Of a stretch of 64,000 bases of DNA, positions 37,313 through 48,278 are shown piece after piece. A program made the translations under genes and the position numbers. The stretch is from a virus: positions 64,001-128,000 of the IMG/VR virus record IMGVR_UViG_3300042514_001858; one strand, written 5' to 3'. The notes beneath the pieces were generated by a model. The model was not told the DNA's origin, did not search any database, and was given only the letters and a program-made list of their open reading frames with translations. Position 1 is the stretch's first letter. Each line of letters begins with the position of its first letter.

Positions 37313-38053
37313 CTACACCTTGAGTACTTGCGTGATATGCTTCAATATCTGCGATCTCACAATATCACTTATGTCAAATTTGACACATTGAATATCGTTT
37401 TTTACTGAGAAATCAGTATCAAATGCATCATACACGAAAGTGAACCCCGAATCATTGATATCTGCTTGAGCAGCATCCCCCAATACAAAGTATCGAGAAT
37501 GTCTACCAAATCGTGTTAGGATAGTTGTTATCTCTCCCTTCGTCATATTTTGAGCTTCATCGATTATCACAGCACAGCGATGGAAGGTAAGACCTCTTAC
37601 AAAATTTACTGGTATTGCTTTAATATATTCGTTTTCCATCAAGTGAGTAATATCTGTTTTAGATAAAATTTCATTTAATTTATCCAACATTGGCATAATA
37701 TAAGGTAAGAATTTTTCATTCTCATCACCTTTAAGGAATCCAATTGAACGTGAAGAACTTTCCACCACAGAACGAATGTAGATGATCTTATCAACATGCC
37801 CATTCTTCAAAAGCTCAAGGGCTGAAAATACAGCCAAATGCGTTTTTGCGCTTCCTGCTGGTCCGTTGACAAATACCATATTATTCTTCGGATGTTGCGA
37901 CATATAATAAAATTTCTGTTGGTTATCAGTCATTGGATAATTATTTTTCAAATATAAATTTGATAAATCAAACCCCTTTTTGATGTGTTCGGTATATTCC
38001 TCCGTCACATCCCGCTCTTTCCTCTTACGAGGAGGTGTCTTTTTTACTGACAT
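37313..38053 (-). CDS. phoH: PhoH-like ATPase
   Basis: GPAGSAKT, IGFLKG, RGLTF, IDEAQN, TRFG, GD..QAD, DIVRS. Confidence 0.93.
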   Translation of the reverse strand: MSVKKTPPRKRKERDVTEEYTEHIKKGFDLSNLYLKNNYPMTDNQQKFYYMSQHPKNNMVFVNGPAGSAKTHLAVFSALELLKNGHVDKIIYIRSVVESSSRSIGFLKGDENEKFLPYIMPMLDKLNEILSKTDITHLMENEYIKAIPVNFVRGLTFHRCAVIIDEAQNMTKGEITTILTRFGRHSRYFVLGDAAQADINDSGFTFVYDAFDTDFSVKNDIQCVKFDISDIVRSQILKHITQVLKV

Positions 38054-38115
38054 ATGTATTATTATTTAACAGAAAATCACTTGATTTTTGAGAATATGGT
38101 GGTAAATTAATTAAT

Positions 38116-38853
38116 ATGAAAATTGCATTCGCAGGGGCGCACAATACTGGAAAATCGACACTTATTAAGTCATTTTTACAAAAATGGCAAATGTATAAAA
38201 CACCGTCGAAAACATACAGAGATATTATCAAAGAAAAAGATTTGAAACATTCTTCCAATACCACAGCCGAAACACAATTGCTTATTTTGGATTGGATGAC
38301 AGAGACTTTAGAAGTTAATAAGGATGAGAAATATGTCGTCTATGATCGTTGTACTTTGGATAATTTGGCATATACTCTTCATGCTGCTGAGAAAGATTTG
38401 ATATCGGAGGATGTTCTCGGAATTACTGTAGATATTGTTCGACGTTCTCTGAAAAATCTAGATATTATTTTTTGGATTAAATACGATCCCACTATCAAAG
38501 TTGTAGCAGACGGATTACGGGATACTAATTTGAATTATATTCAAGAGATTGATGATATCTTTGCTGGTCTTTATGAACAATATTCAGATCAGCTTGAGAA
38601 CACACCATTCTTCATTGCTGATGATATGCCAGCAATTATTCCCATTGAAAATATCCCGAATCTTGATGATCGAATTGCTTGGATAGGAGAATTTATTGAT
38701 CAAAAAGGCGAATTAATTGAAACACAGGACAGTATCCTCGATCCTAAAAATCTGGAGATGATGGAACAAATGCTAAAAGATCAGAGTCAATGGACGGAAA
38801 AAGATAATGAATTCAAGAATATCACAAATCAAATTAAGAATTTTAAAATATGA
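38116..38853 (+). CDS. P-loop NMP-kinase-like protein (AAA_28 type)
   Basis: IAFAGAHNTGKSTL; YDRCTLDNLAY. Confidence 0.75.
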   Translation: MKIAFAGAHNTGKSTLIKSFLQKWQMYKTPSKTYRDIIKEKDLKHSSNTTAETQLLILDWMTETLEVNKDEKYVVYDRCTLDNLAYTLHAAEKDLISEDVLGITVDIVRRSLKNLDIIFWIKYDPTIKVVADGLRDTNLNYIQEIDDIFAGLYEQYSDQLENTPFFIADDMPAIIPIENIPNLDDRIAWIGEFIDQKGELIETQDSILDPKNLEMMEQMLKDQSQWTEKDNEFKNITNQIKNFKI

Positions 38854-39698
38854 GTGAAAAAATCGGAGTTGGTATTATCACATGTGGAAGAAAATCCATG
38901 TTTGAGAAGCTTTTCAATTCTCTTTTGGATTGTGGTGAACAAATTGATTATTTATATGTGGTTGAGGATACTAAAACCAATCGCAGTTATGATGATAATT
39001 ACGCTGTCGATATTGCAAGATCTTGGAAGGGTGAACACATCACAGTGTTCACCCCAACTGCAAATTTAGGTGTCGCCAAAGCTAAGAATAGCGCATTGGC
39101 GCATCTTCTTGATGCAGGATGTGATCATATCTTTCTGATTGAAGATGATATGTTTATTAAAAATCCAAACATCTTCCAAGCATATATCGACGCTTCTAAG
39201 AAAAGTGGTATTCAACATTTGATGTTTGGTTATCATGGACCAGCTAATAAAAATGGAATCTCTCGTGGTAAACCATATCCTCGATTGGTTGTTGATTATG
39301 GGGATTTCTCTCTCGCATTTAATCAGCATTGCGTTGGGGCATTTTGTTATTATTCCAGTAAGTGTCTAGAAGATGTCGGTCTAATCGATGAAAAATTTCG
39401 TAATGCTTTTGATCATGTTTCCCATAGTTATGAACTCGCTTTAAAGGGTTATTCCACTCCTTATTGGTGGTGGGCTGATCTGGCAAATTCTTTGGATTAT
39501 ATTGAAGAACAAGCGTGTTCAGAGGAAAATTCGTCCATCAAGACACCTGAATCCATGCAGAAATGGAGTGATAATATTCGAAGTTCCATGGAGTATTTCA
39601 AAGAGAAATTTGGCGTATTCCCGTTTGGGAATGATGGTGTCCTAGATACGAGAGAACAGGAAGTATTGACATTTTTGAAAAATACTATAAATCATTGA
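38850..39698 (+). CDS. Glycosyltransferase family 2
   Basis: GVAKAKN, FLIEDD, VGLIDE. Confidence 0.85.
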   Translation: MSEKIGVGIITCGRKSMFEKLFNSLLDCGEQIDYLYVVEDTKTNRSYDDNYAVDIARSWKGEHITVFTPTANLGVAKAKNSALAHLLDAGCDHIFLIEDDMFIKNPNIFQAYIDASKKSGIQHLMFGYHGPANKNGISRGKPYPRLVVDYGDFSLAFNQHCVGAFCYYSSKCLEDVGLIDEKFRNAFDHVSHSYELALKGYSTPYWWWADLANSLDYIEEQACSEENSSIKTPESMQKWSDNIRSSMEYFKEKFGVFPFGNDGVLDTREQEVLTFLKNTINH

Positions 39699-39699
39699 A

Positions 39700-40509
39700 A
39701 TGAAATCCGACTTGAATAATATTGGCTTGATGATTCATTTCCGTAGGGACGTGGATGATCGATTTCGCAATCTAGAAATGGTTGTAAAATTCTATCGTGA
39801 AAATTCTGAAAATCTCCAAATCGCCATTCTGAATGATGATAAGGAATTGGATGGGGACTTCAAAAGACTCTGTAAGCAATACGATTGTAAAGGTCTTTTT
39901 ATGGTAAATCATGATGTTTATTGGAGAACCAAGGCATTCAATGAAATGTCTAAGATTCTGGAAGTTGATTATCTGATTGCGGGAGATACTGATGTGATCG
40001 TTGATCCAAAATATATTCTGGAAGCGAAGCAATTGTTCGATGATAATGTGGGGATCGTGTATCCTTACGATGGAATGTTCATTCATTTGAAGCAACCAAT
40101 GTTTGAAAAATTCATCGCAGATCAATCCTTAGTTGATCTATTGGATAAATCTAAAGCACTTAAACCAATCCCATACGATCAGGATGAGAATTTTCTCGTT
40201 GCACATCCCCAAAGCAAGGGAGGAATGGTTATGTTTAGTAAAAAAGCTTTTACCGAATGTAATGGGTATAATCCAAATTTTAGAGGATGGGGTTATGAAG
40301 ATGATGAGATCTTAGCTAGATTTCAAAAAATGGGATGGGGGATTTTGAGAGTTGGTAATAAAGAGGCAATAGCGTGGCATCTACCTCATGAAAATACAGT
40401 GAGAGAAAAACACCAATACTATGATAATAATCGGAAACACTCCGATTTCGTTTGTGGTAATACTAAGTGGGAAGATTTGGAAAAATATATTTGGAGTTGG
40501 ACACTGTGA
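39700..40509 (+). CDS. Galactosyltransferase-like protein (GT2/GT7 C-terminal)
   Basis: GDTDV; NGYNPNFRGWGYEDDE; WHLPH. Confidence 0.85.
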   Translation: MKSDLNNIGLMIHFRRDVDDRFRNLEMVVKFYRENSENLQIAILNDDKELDGDFKRLCKQYDCKGLFMVNHDVYWRTKAFNEMSKILEVDYLIAGDTDVIVDPKYILEAKQLFDDNVGIVYPYDGMFIHLKQPMFEKFIADQSLVDLLDKSKALKPIPYDQDENFLVAHPQSKGGMVMFSKKAFTECNGYNPNFRGWGYEDDEILARFQKMGWGILRVGNKEAIAWHLPHENTVREKHQYYDNNRKHSDFVCGNTKWEDLEKYIWSWTL

Positions 40510-41204
40510 AACCTAGATTTTCCATATGTGTTCCCGTTTGGGAGCAGCACGGATTTGGTCTTCAGTATTTGAAAGATCTGATCCATTCAATCCAAATCCA
40601 AACATTTCAGGATTGGGAGATTGTGATTTCTGATCATAGTAAAAATTTTGATATTTTTGATTTTTGTTTAGCGGAATCGGAGAAAGATTATATATTACGA
40701 TATTTCAAATACGAGGAAAATTATGGTAATGGTGTTGCCAATCTCAACAATGCTCTGAAAAGAGCGGAAGGAGAAATCATCAAGATCATGTTTCAAGATG
40801 ACTTCATGTTTGATCGTAGATGTTTGGAGAAATTCGATAAAGCATTCCAATGTGAAAATAATAAATGGGCTGTTTGTGGGTGTAATCATACGAGAGATGG
40901 TGTGAATTTTGATAGATTCATGGTTCCGTCTTGGAATGATAGATTGTTGGAAGGTGTGAATACAATTAGTTCTCCGTCCGTGCTATCTTTTAGAAATGAA
41001 AATATTGAATTGTTTGATGAGAACTTGACAATGCTCATGGATGTGGCATACTATTATCGAATGAATAAGCACCACGGATTACCCACGGTGATTGAAGACT
41101 GCTTGGTTACTAATCGGTGTCATGAGAATCAGATCAGTAGCAGGTATTCAGGAAATTTAGAAGACGAGATAAAATATTGTAAAGAAAAATATGATAGTAA
41201 CTGA
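40506..41204 (+). CDS. Glycosyltransferase family 2
   Basis: EIVISDHS, MFQDD, ISSPS, FDENL; GTG start coupled to upstream stop. Confidence 0.85.
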   Translation: MKPRFSICVPVWEQHGFGLQYLKDLIHSIQIQTFQDWEIVISDHSKNFDIFDFCLAESEKDYILRYFKYEENYGNGVANLNNALKRAEGEIIKIMFQDDFMFDRRCLEKFDKAFQCENNKWAVCGCNHTRDGVNFDRFMVPSWNDRLLEGVNTISSPSVLSFRNENIELFDENLTMLMDVAYYYRMNKHHGLPTVIEDCLVTNRCHENQISSRYSGNLEDEIKYCKEKYDSN

Positions 41205-42087
41205 AATATACAATGGACAGGGATTAGGTAATCAACTTGCTTGTTACGTGACAACAAGAGTCGTTGCCAAAGATAAGGGATTTGATTTTGGGATTATGAA
41301 TCCCCATAAATTTAAATGTTTGGATTTTATGGATTTAGATTTTGGATTACCCGTGATAGGTGGATATTCAGAAAAAGAAGGCGATATACCCATTACTTTA
41401 CCAGATGGTATTCAACATTCTTTCAAAGAAAGATGGTTGTATCTCTCAAATGGTTCCAATGTAACTATCGATGATCCTAATTTAGAATTGATTCAAGATA
41501 ACACACAAATTATCGGAATTTTTCAATCGGAAGATCGTATCATCCACCGCAAAGATGAAATTAGGCAGTGGTTGAAAATTAAACCAGAAAAGGATTGTTA
41601 TGATTATTCTGATCCAAATATCTGCATCATTAATTATCGTGGCGGGGAATATGCAAGTGTTGCCGATTTTCATTTGAATGGAAAGTATTGGGATGATGCG
41701 ATTACCAGAATGAGACAAATTAACCCAAATTTTAGATTCGTTGTTATCACTGATGATGTAGAAAGAGCAAGCAGACAATTCCCTGATTTTGAAGTGAAAC
41801 ATTATGATATTGGAACAGATTTCACTATTATCAAGAATGCTCATTATTTGATTTTATCAAATTCCAGCTTCCCGTATTTTGCCACTTTACTAAGTGATAC
41901 TGTAAAGTATATATTAGCTCCTAAATATTGGGGTCGCTATAATATATCAGATGGTTATTGGGCATGTGGCTACAACATTTTCAGGGATCATGTCTATATT
42001 GATAGGGAAGGAACATTGTTTGGATATGATGAATGTGTGGCAGAATTTGAAGAGTATAAGAAACGCGACCCCAATTTTTGGAAATGA
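41191..42087 (+). CDS. GT11 alpha-1,2-fucosyltransferase-like
   Basis: GQGLGNQL, YRGGEY, SNSSF. Confidence 0.85.
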   Translation: MIVTEIYNGQGLGNQLACYVTTRVVAKDKGFDFGIMNPHKFKCLDFMDLDFGLPVIGGYSEKEGDIPITLPDGIQHSFKERWLYLSNGSNVTIDDPNLELIQDNTQIIGIFQSEDRIIHRKDEIRQWLKIKPEKDCYDYSDPNICIINYRGGEYASVADFHLNGKYWDDAITRMRQINPNFRFVVITDDVERASRQFPDFEVKHYDIGTDFTIIKNAHYLILSNSSFPYFATLLSDTVKYILAPKYWGRYNISDGYWACGYNIFRDHVYIDREGTLFGYDECVAEFEEYKKRDPNFWK

Positions 42088-42875
42088 TCTACGACATTTT
42101 TAGCTTTAATAACGAACTTGACATGTTGGAATTGAGATTGAATATTCTCGATCCCTACGTGGATAAATTTGTATTGGTAGAAGCGGATAAGACTTTCAGT
42201 GGTGTTGATAAGCCTTTGTATTACGAAGAGAATAAGGAACGCTTTGAGAAATTCCATGACAAGATTATTCATTACAAGGTTCTAGATTCTCCAACATCGT
42301 TTGATGATCCAAATTGCGATCAGGAAATCTTACAGATGGCACTCAACAGTGATATGGTAACACGAGAACATATATGCTGGGTCGTTGAATTTTATCAGAA
42401 AGAATCTATTAAAAAAGCTTTAATTAATTTGGAAGATGACGATATTTGCATAATTTCTGATGTTGATGAAATATGGAATTATGATATATCATTATCTCCA
42501 AATGGGGAAGAAATTTTGAAACCATTAATTAATAATTGCTATATAGAATATCTTAACGTTAAAACAAATGAAAATTGGACATATTTTACTGGTCCTATAA
42601 TCACTAGATATGAAAATATTAAAAATATTAATCCAATGTGTCATTTAAGAGTATTGAAAAAATTTCAACATCTCTATAAGTTTATAGAGAATGGTGGATG
42701 GCATTTTAATGCTTTGGGTGGAATACAGAAAAAGATTGAAGATTTTAAGCATCCAGTATATCATAGTGGATACATGGAAATGAGAAAAAATGGATATAGA
42801 ATAGACGAAGTAGGATTGCCTATATTCATTTTAGAAAATATGGATAAATTAAAAAATAAGAAATTAATATTATAA
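42084..42875 (+). CDS. GT17-like glycosyltransferase
   Basis: FNNELDMLELRL, TFSG..KP, ISDVDEI, GGWHF. Confidence 0.85.
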   Translation: MIYDIFSFNNELDMLELRLNILDPYVDKFVLVEADKTFSGVDKPLYYEENKERFEKFHDKIIHYKVLDSPTSFDDPNCDQEILQMALNSDMVTREHICWVVEFYQKESIKKALINLEDDDICIISDVDEIWNYDISLSPNGEEILKPLINNCYIEYLNVKTNENWTYFTGPIITRYENIKNINPMCHLRVLKKFQHLYKFIENGGWHFNALGGIQKKIEDFKHPVYHSGYMEMRKNGYRIDEVGLPIFILENMDKLKNKKLIL

Positions 42876-42876
42876 T

Positions 42877-43503
42877 ATGAATATAGAAAATAATGGAGAA
42901 AGAATGGATATTGATTATTTCAATATGGAGTATGAAAATTTTGACATTTATCAGAAAAGTCATTATAAAAGATATGAATTTGCTAAAACTTTAATGAACG
43001 AAGGTGATATTGTCGGAGATATGGCATGTGGTTCTGGGTATGGTAGTATGATGCTTTTAGAAAAAAGTAAAGAAGTTTATTCTGTCGATATTGATCCAAT
43101 CACTATCAATGAAGTTGCTAATAGATACGAAAATGAAAATATCCATTTTGTTGTTGGAGATTTAATAGACCTAAAAGTTGAAAATAAATTTGATAAGATT
43201 GTCTCATTTGAAACACTGGAGCATTTTACTCCAGATGATTTGAAAAAAGTCATAACAAATTTTCACAAAGCCTTGAAAAAAGATGGTAAATTAATTTTTT
43301 CCACTCCTTATAATCAAGAACAATCAGAAGCATCGATGAGATTTCATAAGACATTCTACATAACAGAGAATACCATTAATCAATTTTTCAAAAATTTATT
43401 CGAGATTGATATAATCAAATATCAAGATTATCAAACACATACTGTAAAAGACGATGATGGGAATAAGAATTTTATTATAGGAGTTGTTAAAAAAATAAGT
43501 TAA
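42877..43503 (+). CDS. Class I SAM-dependent methyltransferase
   Basis: H..RY; DMACGSGYG; SFETLEH; STP. Confidence 0.9.
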   Translation: MNIENNGERMDIDYFNMEYENFDIYQKSHYKRYEFAKTLMNEGDIVGDMACGSGYGSMMLLEKSKEVYSVDIDPITINEVANRYENENIHFVVGDLIDLKVENKFDKIVSFETLEHFTPDDLKKVITNFHKALKKDGKLIFSTPYNQEQSEASMRFHKTFYITENTINQFFKNLFEIDIIKYQDYQTHTVKDDDGNKNFIIGVVKKIS

Positions 43504-43507
43504 AAAT

Positions 43508-44242
43508 ATGAAAAAAATAAATAAAAATTTTGTAGTTGTCAGTGATTACAATTGGCTACCTGAAAATCTTGAAGATTCTTGGGTTGATAAATGGTGTGAA
43601 AATTATCTAATTTATGATCGTTATCATCGATTTCCCGAATCTGAAAAAGTAAAGCATCAGAAAAATGTGGGGCAGAATGTTTATGATATATTCCATTTTA
43701 TTTTAGAAAATTATGACAATCTTCCCGATTCCACATTGTTTTGTCGTGCGTGTCTAATGAATCAAAAGGATACTGGAACTCCACGATACGATGAAAATGG
43801 CAGGATCATCTCTAATGGAAATTGCACGGAAGAATTTTTTCTTGATATTGCTAACAACACTAGATTTACAGAGATTCAAGATTTCACCAGTGAGCCTTGG
43901 AGGATAAATTATATCGAAAATGCTATTGGACCTGAAAATAGTTATCTTGAGCGCAATACTTCATGGTATTTTGGAAAACATCAGGGAAAATATTATTCAA
44001 ATATTAATGATTTTTTCAATGACATGTATGAAAATCCTGAGATTCCACCTTGGTTTAGATTTGCACCAGGTGTTAATTACATCATCCCAAAGGAGTATAT
44101 TTTGAAATATTCGAGAAAATTTTATCAACGAATTCTTGATATTCTCGGATGGGATGTTATTGTTGGAGAAGCTCATATGATTGAGCGAGCATTGTGGACA
44201 ATATTCCATAATGATTGGAAAGTTAAAGAAGAATATAGATAA
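43508..44242 (+). CDS. DUF3431-like glycan-related protein
   Basis: NVG....HFILENYDNLPD; FAPG..YII; AHMIER.W. Confidence 0.7.
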   Translation: MKKINKNFVVVSDYNWLPENLEDSWVDKWCENYLIYDRYHRFPESEKVKHQKNVGQNVYDIFHFILENYDNLPDSTLFCRACLMNQKDTGTPRYDENGRIISNGNCTEEFFLDIANNTRFTEIQDFTSEPWRINYIENAIGPENSYLERNTSWYFGKHQGKYYSNINDFFNDMYENPEIPPWFRFAPGVNYIIPKEYILKYSRKFYQRILDILGWDVIVGEAHMIERALWTIFHNDWKVKEEYR

Positions 44243-44791
44243 TGCAACCATTTAAGAAACATCCCACCCCCCGCCGAAACATTCAACCATACCGAATTTT
44301 TTGATCTGTTGTTCAAATGGATTCGTCCAGAACACTATCTTGAACTTGGTGTGAGGCATGGAGGCAATTTTGTCACGCTTGCCAAACACTGCAAAAAAGC
44401 AGTCGGAGTGGATATGATTCCTGCTGAATTTGGTTTGGAGGGTAATATGGAATATCATCAAAAAACAACTGATGATTATTTTGAATCATTAACTACTGAA
44501 CAATTTGATGCCGTGTTTATTGACGCTGATCATTCTCATCAACAATCTTTGAAAGATTTTAACAATGTAAAAGATAGAGTGATCGAAGATGGATTTATTT
44601 TCTTCCATGATACCTATCCTTGGGATTGGTCTATGACTGACAGAGGACAATGCGAGGATGTTTATAAAACTGCGAAACATATTAAACAAAATTTAATAGA
44701 TGATTTTGAAATCATAACTTTACCTTTCAATCCTGGAGTAACAATTTGTAAAAAGATTTCCAGAACGAAACAAATGATCTATGACTGGTGA
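44242..44791 (+). CDS. Methyltransf_24-type methyltransferase with apparent 5' frameshift
   Basis: YLELGV, FIDADH, FFHDT; coupled ATG at 44242 is out of frame with the body. Confidence 0.75.
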
Positions 44792-45710
44792 AAAAATTTT
44801 CATAACGGGCGGTGCTGGATTTCTTGGTAGAAATCTAATTCGTCGCTTACATCAAGATAATGAAATCACCGTGTATTCACGCGATGAGTCCAAACATTAT
44901 TATCTAAAAAAAGAATACCCAAAAGTAAATTTTGTGGTTGGGGATATTCGCAATCGTGATCTATTGATTAGAAAATCAAGGTATCATACGATTGGTATTT
45001 TTGCAGCATCTCTGAAACAGATTGAAGCCTGTAATGACAATTATGAAGAAGCTTCAAAAATCATTATCGATGGTGCAATCAATTCCAGAATTGCAGCAGA
45101 GGAAAATAATTTCAAAGCTGCTTGCTTCATCTCATCTGATAAAAGCAGAGCAGCAACTACAATTTATGGTGCAATGAAATATGTAGCTGGTGAGTGTTTC
45201 ATTGCAGGTAAATCAAATTGTAACCTAACTACTGCCGTATATGGAAACGTAATGAATTCCACAGGATCGATTATTCCTTTGATATGGGAATATATCAAAA
45301 ACGGTAAAACACTTTCTCTCTATGGAGAAGAAATGACAAGATTTTTATTGGATGTTGAAGATGCTGTAGATTTGATTTTGAAATCTTTAAAGTATAAAGG
45401 ATGTAATGTTATCCCAGATTTAAAATCGTTTTTTGTAGTCGATCTTTTCAATATTTATAAAGAAAAATTTGGATTAAAATATGAAATTTCTGAACCTAGA
45501 ACTGGTGAAAAAATTCATGAAATCATGGCTTCTTCTGAAGAAATTAGACGAATGAGTTATGAATATGCTGATGATATTTATTTGATGTATCCACATAAAG
45601 ATTTAAATATGGTAGAATTTTCAAAAAATGAATATTCTTCGAGAGATAGTTCACTTGAATATATAGAACTTGAAAAATATTTAAAATCTAAAAATTATTT
45701 TAAACCATGA
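44781..45710 (+). CDS. UDP-GlcNAc 4,6-dehydratase-like (PseB/CapD family)
   Basis: TGGAGFLG, SRDE.K, SSDK, YGAMK, YGNV..S.GS, MTRF, GEKIHE. Confidence 0.9.
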   Translation: MTGEKIFITGGAGFLGRNLIRRLHQDNEITVYSRDESKHYYLKKEYPKVNFVVGDIRNRDLLIRKSRYHTIGIFAASLKQIEACNDNYEEASKIIIDGAINSRIAAEENNFKAACFISSDKSRAATTIYGAMKYVAGECFIAGKSNCNLTTAVYGNVMNSTGSIIPLIWEYIKNGKTLSLYGEEMTRFLLDVEDAVDLILKSLKYKGCNVIPDLKSFFVVDLFNIYKEKFGLKYEISEPRTGEKIHEIMASSEEIRRMSYEYADDIYLMYPHKDLNMVEFSKNEYSSRDSSLEYIELEKYLKSKNYFKP

Positions 45711-46504
45711 AAATTATAGTATTTGGAAGCACTGGAATGTTGGGAACTTATTGTGTCAAGTTTTTCAAACAAAAAGGTTATACGGTATTACCAGTAGATA
45801 GAGAAATGTTAGATTTGACATCATCTCATGAAAATATATTAAATTTTTTGATATCGAATGTTTCTAGTGTGGATGTTATAATTAATGCTGCTGGTGTTAT
45901 TAAACAACGAAACACTGATATAGGTGATATGTATAAAGTTAATACTATATTTCCTCACATTTTATCTAAATTTAAAATGGAAAATGGGTGTAATGTTATC
46001 CATATAACGACTGATTGCGTGTTTAGTGGTAAAGATGGGTATTATAATGAATCATCTTTACCTGATTGTGAAGATGATTACGGTAAATCTAAATTATTAG
46101 GCGAAGCACCTAATTTATCAATCATTAGGACTTCTATTATTGGTGAAGAAATTAATAATAAATTATCATTACTTGAGTGGTGTAAGTCTAAACGCGAACA
46201 AACTGTCTATGGATATGTCGATCATTATTGGAACGGTGTAACATGTTTAGAATTGTGTAAAAGAATAAATCAATTATTGGAATATAAATCGTTTTGGGAG
46301 GGTGTTAGTATTTTACATTCACCAGAGATCGTATCGAAGTATAATTTAATCAATATGATTTCCGATGTATTTGATTTACAAATATCAATAACTCCAAAAA
46401 TCGGTGGTAAATGTTATAGAAATTTACAAAATGTGCGATGCATACCGACAGCATCATTGAAACAACAATTAGAAGAATTGAAAGAATTTAATATATATGA
46501 ATAG
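45707..46504 (+). CDS. RmlD-like NDP-sugar reductase
   Basis: GSTGMLG, TTDCVFSG, YGKSK. Confidence 0.88.
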   Translation: MKIIVFGSTGMLGTYCVKFFKQKGYTVLPVDREMLDLTSSHENILNFLISNVSSVDVIINAAGVIKQRNTDIGDMYKVNTIFPHILSKFKMENGCNVIHITTDCVFSGKDGYYNESSLPDCEDDYGKSKLLGEAPNLSIIRTSIIGEEINNKLSLLEWCKSKREQTVYGYVDHYWNGVTCLELCKRINQLLEYKSFWEGVSILHSPEIVSKYNLINMISDVFDLQISITPKIGGKCYRNLQNVRCIPTASLKQQLEELKEFNIYE

Positions 46505-47261
46505 TTGCTATGTAAATGTTATTGGTGGCGTGGGCAATCAGTTATTTCAAATAGCTGCTGGTTATGCTTATGCCAAGAAACATGGTAAGAAATTGATCAT
46601 CAACCCTTATAATTGGTTTGCTGGTCAGGGGTCTAATCCTCTAGTGTATAAAGATAACATTTTTAAAAATTTTGAATATGGTAATTATAGTGGAAATGTC
46701 GTTCCTATTCAAGAAAAAAGATTTAATTATGATGAATTACCCTTCATAGAAGGCTCTGTATCATTGAATGGATATTTCCAATCTTTGAAATACTTCGAAG
46801 AATACAAAGATGAATTTATTTCTTTATTGAACTTGCCAGAAGTCGATGTTCTTCCTAAATGGGGAAACAATCTGAATATTGCATTTCATATAAGACGAGG
46901 TGATTACTTGAACCATGCAACAATACATTATGTGTGTAGAACCGAATACTTTAATAAATTATTTGATATTTTCACACCTGAAATAGTAAAGAATACTAAA
47001 ATTCTTGTATTTACAGATTCACCCGAAATTGTTTTAGAAGAATTTAAAGGCAAAGAATTTATTATAATGAAATCAGATTCTGATATTAAAGAACTTGCAT
47101 ACATGTCAAAGTGTGATATCGTAGTGGGGAGCAACTCTACCTTTTCTTGGTGTGCAGCTTTGATTGGTGATAAGACATCTTATTTCCCTTCCAAGTGGTT
47201 CGCAGATGGTGGAGAAGCGACTGATATTTACTACGATAAAATGATTAAATGTAATGTTTGA
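46497..47261 (+). CDS. GT11 alpha-1,2-fucosyltransferase-like
   Basis: GGVGNQLFQ, HIRRGDY, SNSTFSW. Confidence 0.9.
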   Translation: MNSCYVNVIGGVGNQLFQIAAGYAYAKKHGKKLIINPYNWFAGQGSNPLVYKDNIFKNFEYGNYSGNVVPIQEKRFNYDELPFIEGSVSLNGYFQSLKYFEEYKDEFISLLNLPEVDVLPKWGNNLNIAFHIRRGDYLNHATIHYVCRTEYFNKLFDIFTPEIVKNTKILVFTDSPEIVLEEFKGKEFIIMKSDSDIKELAYMSKCDIVVGSNSTFSWCAALIGDKTSYFPSKWFADGGEATDIYYDKMIKCNV

Positions 47262-48033
47262 AATTAATAAAATATATAATGAAAATTGTCTGGATACTAT
47301 GAATAGTATGCCAGAAGAATCCATTGATTTAACTGTTACCAGCCCTCCATATGATGATTTGCGAACTTATAATGGTTATTCTTTCGACTTTGAAAATGTA
47401 GCCAAGGGGCTTTTCAAAGTCACTAAGAAAGGTGGAGTTGTTGTTTGGGTAGTTGGTGATCAGACAAAAGATGGTGATAAATCTGGAACGAGTTTCCGAC
47501 AAGCTCTTTACTTCAAAGAAATTGGCTTCAAATTACATGATGTCATCATTTATGAGAAGAGTGGTGTCTCACCAGTGAAAAATAGATATTACCCTGCATT
47601 TGAATATATGTTTGTTTTATCCAAAGATAAAATCAAAACATTCAATCCTATTTGCGATAGACCAAATAAATGGAGAGAGCGTTGGGGTAAGACTCGCCAA
47701 CGTAGAAAAGCAGATGGAACTATGGGTGAGAAATATGAAAGTAAGATTGCTCCTGAATTTGGTATTCGACGTAACATTTGGAAGTATACACAAGGAGGTG
47801 GTTATGGGTCTGATGATAAAATCGCATATAAACATCCAGCAATCTTTCCCGAAAAATTAGCAGAAGATCATATTTTAAGTTGGTCAAATGAAGGCGATTT
47901 GGTATACGATCCATTCATGGGAAGTGGGACTACTGCTAAAATGGCAAAGCTAAATAATAGAAATTACATTGGTAGTGAGATCAGTGGGGAATATATAAAC
48001 ATCATCAATAATCGCTTATGTTTAACACAATAA
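47254..48033 (+). CDS. Beta-class N4-C/N6-A DNA methyltransferase
   Basis: VTSPPY; HPAIFP; DPFMGSGTT. Confidence 0.92.
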   Translation: MFEINKIYNENCLDTMNSMPEESIDLTVTSPPYDDLRTYNGYSFDFENVAKGLFKVTKKGGVVVWVVGDQTKDGDKSGTSFRQALYFKEIGFKLHDVIIYEKSGVSPVKNRYYPAFEYMFVLSKDKIKTFNPICDRPNKWRERWGKTRQRRKADGTMGEKYESKIAPEFGIRRNIWKYTQGGGYGSDDKIAYKHPAIFPEKLAEDHILSWSNEGDLVYDPFMGSGTTAKMAKLNNRNYIGSEISGEYINIINNRLCLTQ

Positions 48034-48278
48034 ATCACATTCTTTTTGATAAGAAAGGGGAGATGACAAATGAATTGTTGGAAGAGTTCTCTCCTTATAT
48101 GGTGACTCGTTACTTGAGTTTCTATGATAAAGATCTGTTGAATTATGCTAATGAGACAGTGAACAGATACTCACAGATATTCGATACGGATGAAGAAGCA
48201 TTTCGATTCTTTGAAAATGTGATTCCCAAATTGAAACGAAAAAATATCAAATATATATCCAAAAAAAGAGAAAAATGA
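48018..48278 (+). CDS. Clamp-loader small subunit-like (gp62-like)
   Basis: FSPYMV.RYLS...AN..NRY...F....IPK. Confidence 0.55.
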   Translation: MFNTINHILFDKKGEMTNELLEEFSPYMVTRYLSFYDKDLLNYANETVNRYSQIFDTDEEAFRFFENVIPKLKRKNIKYISKKREK

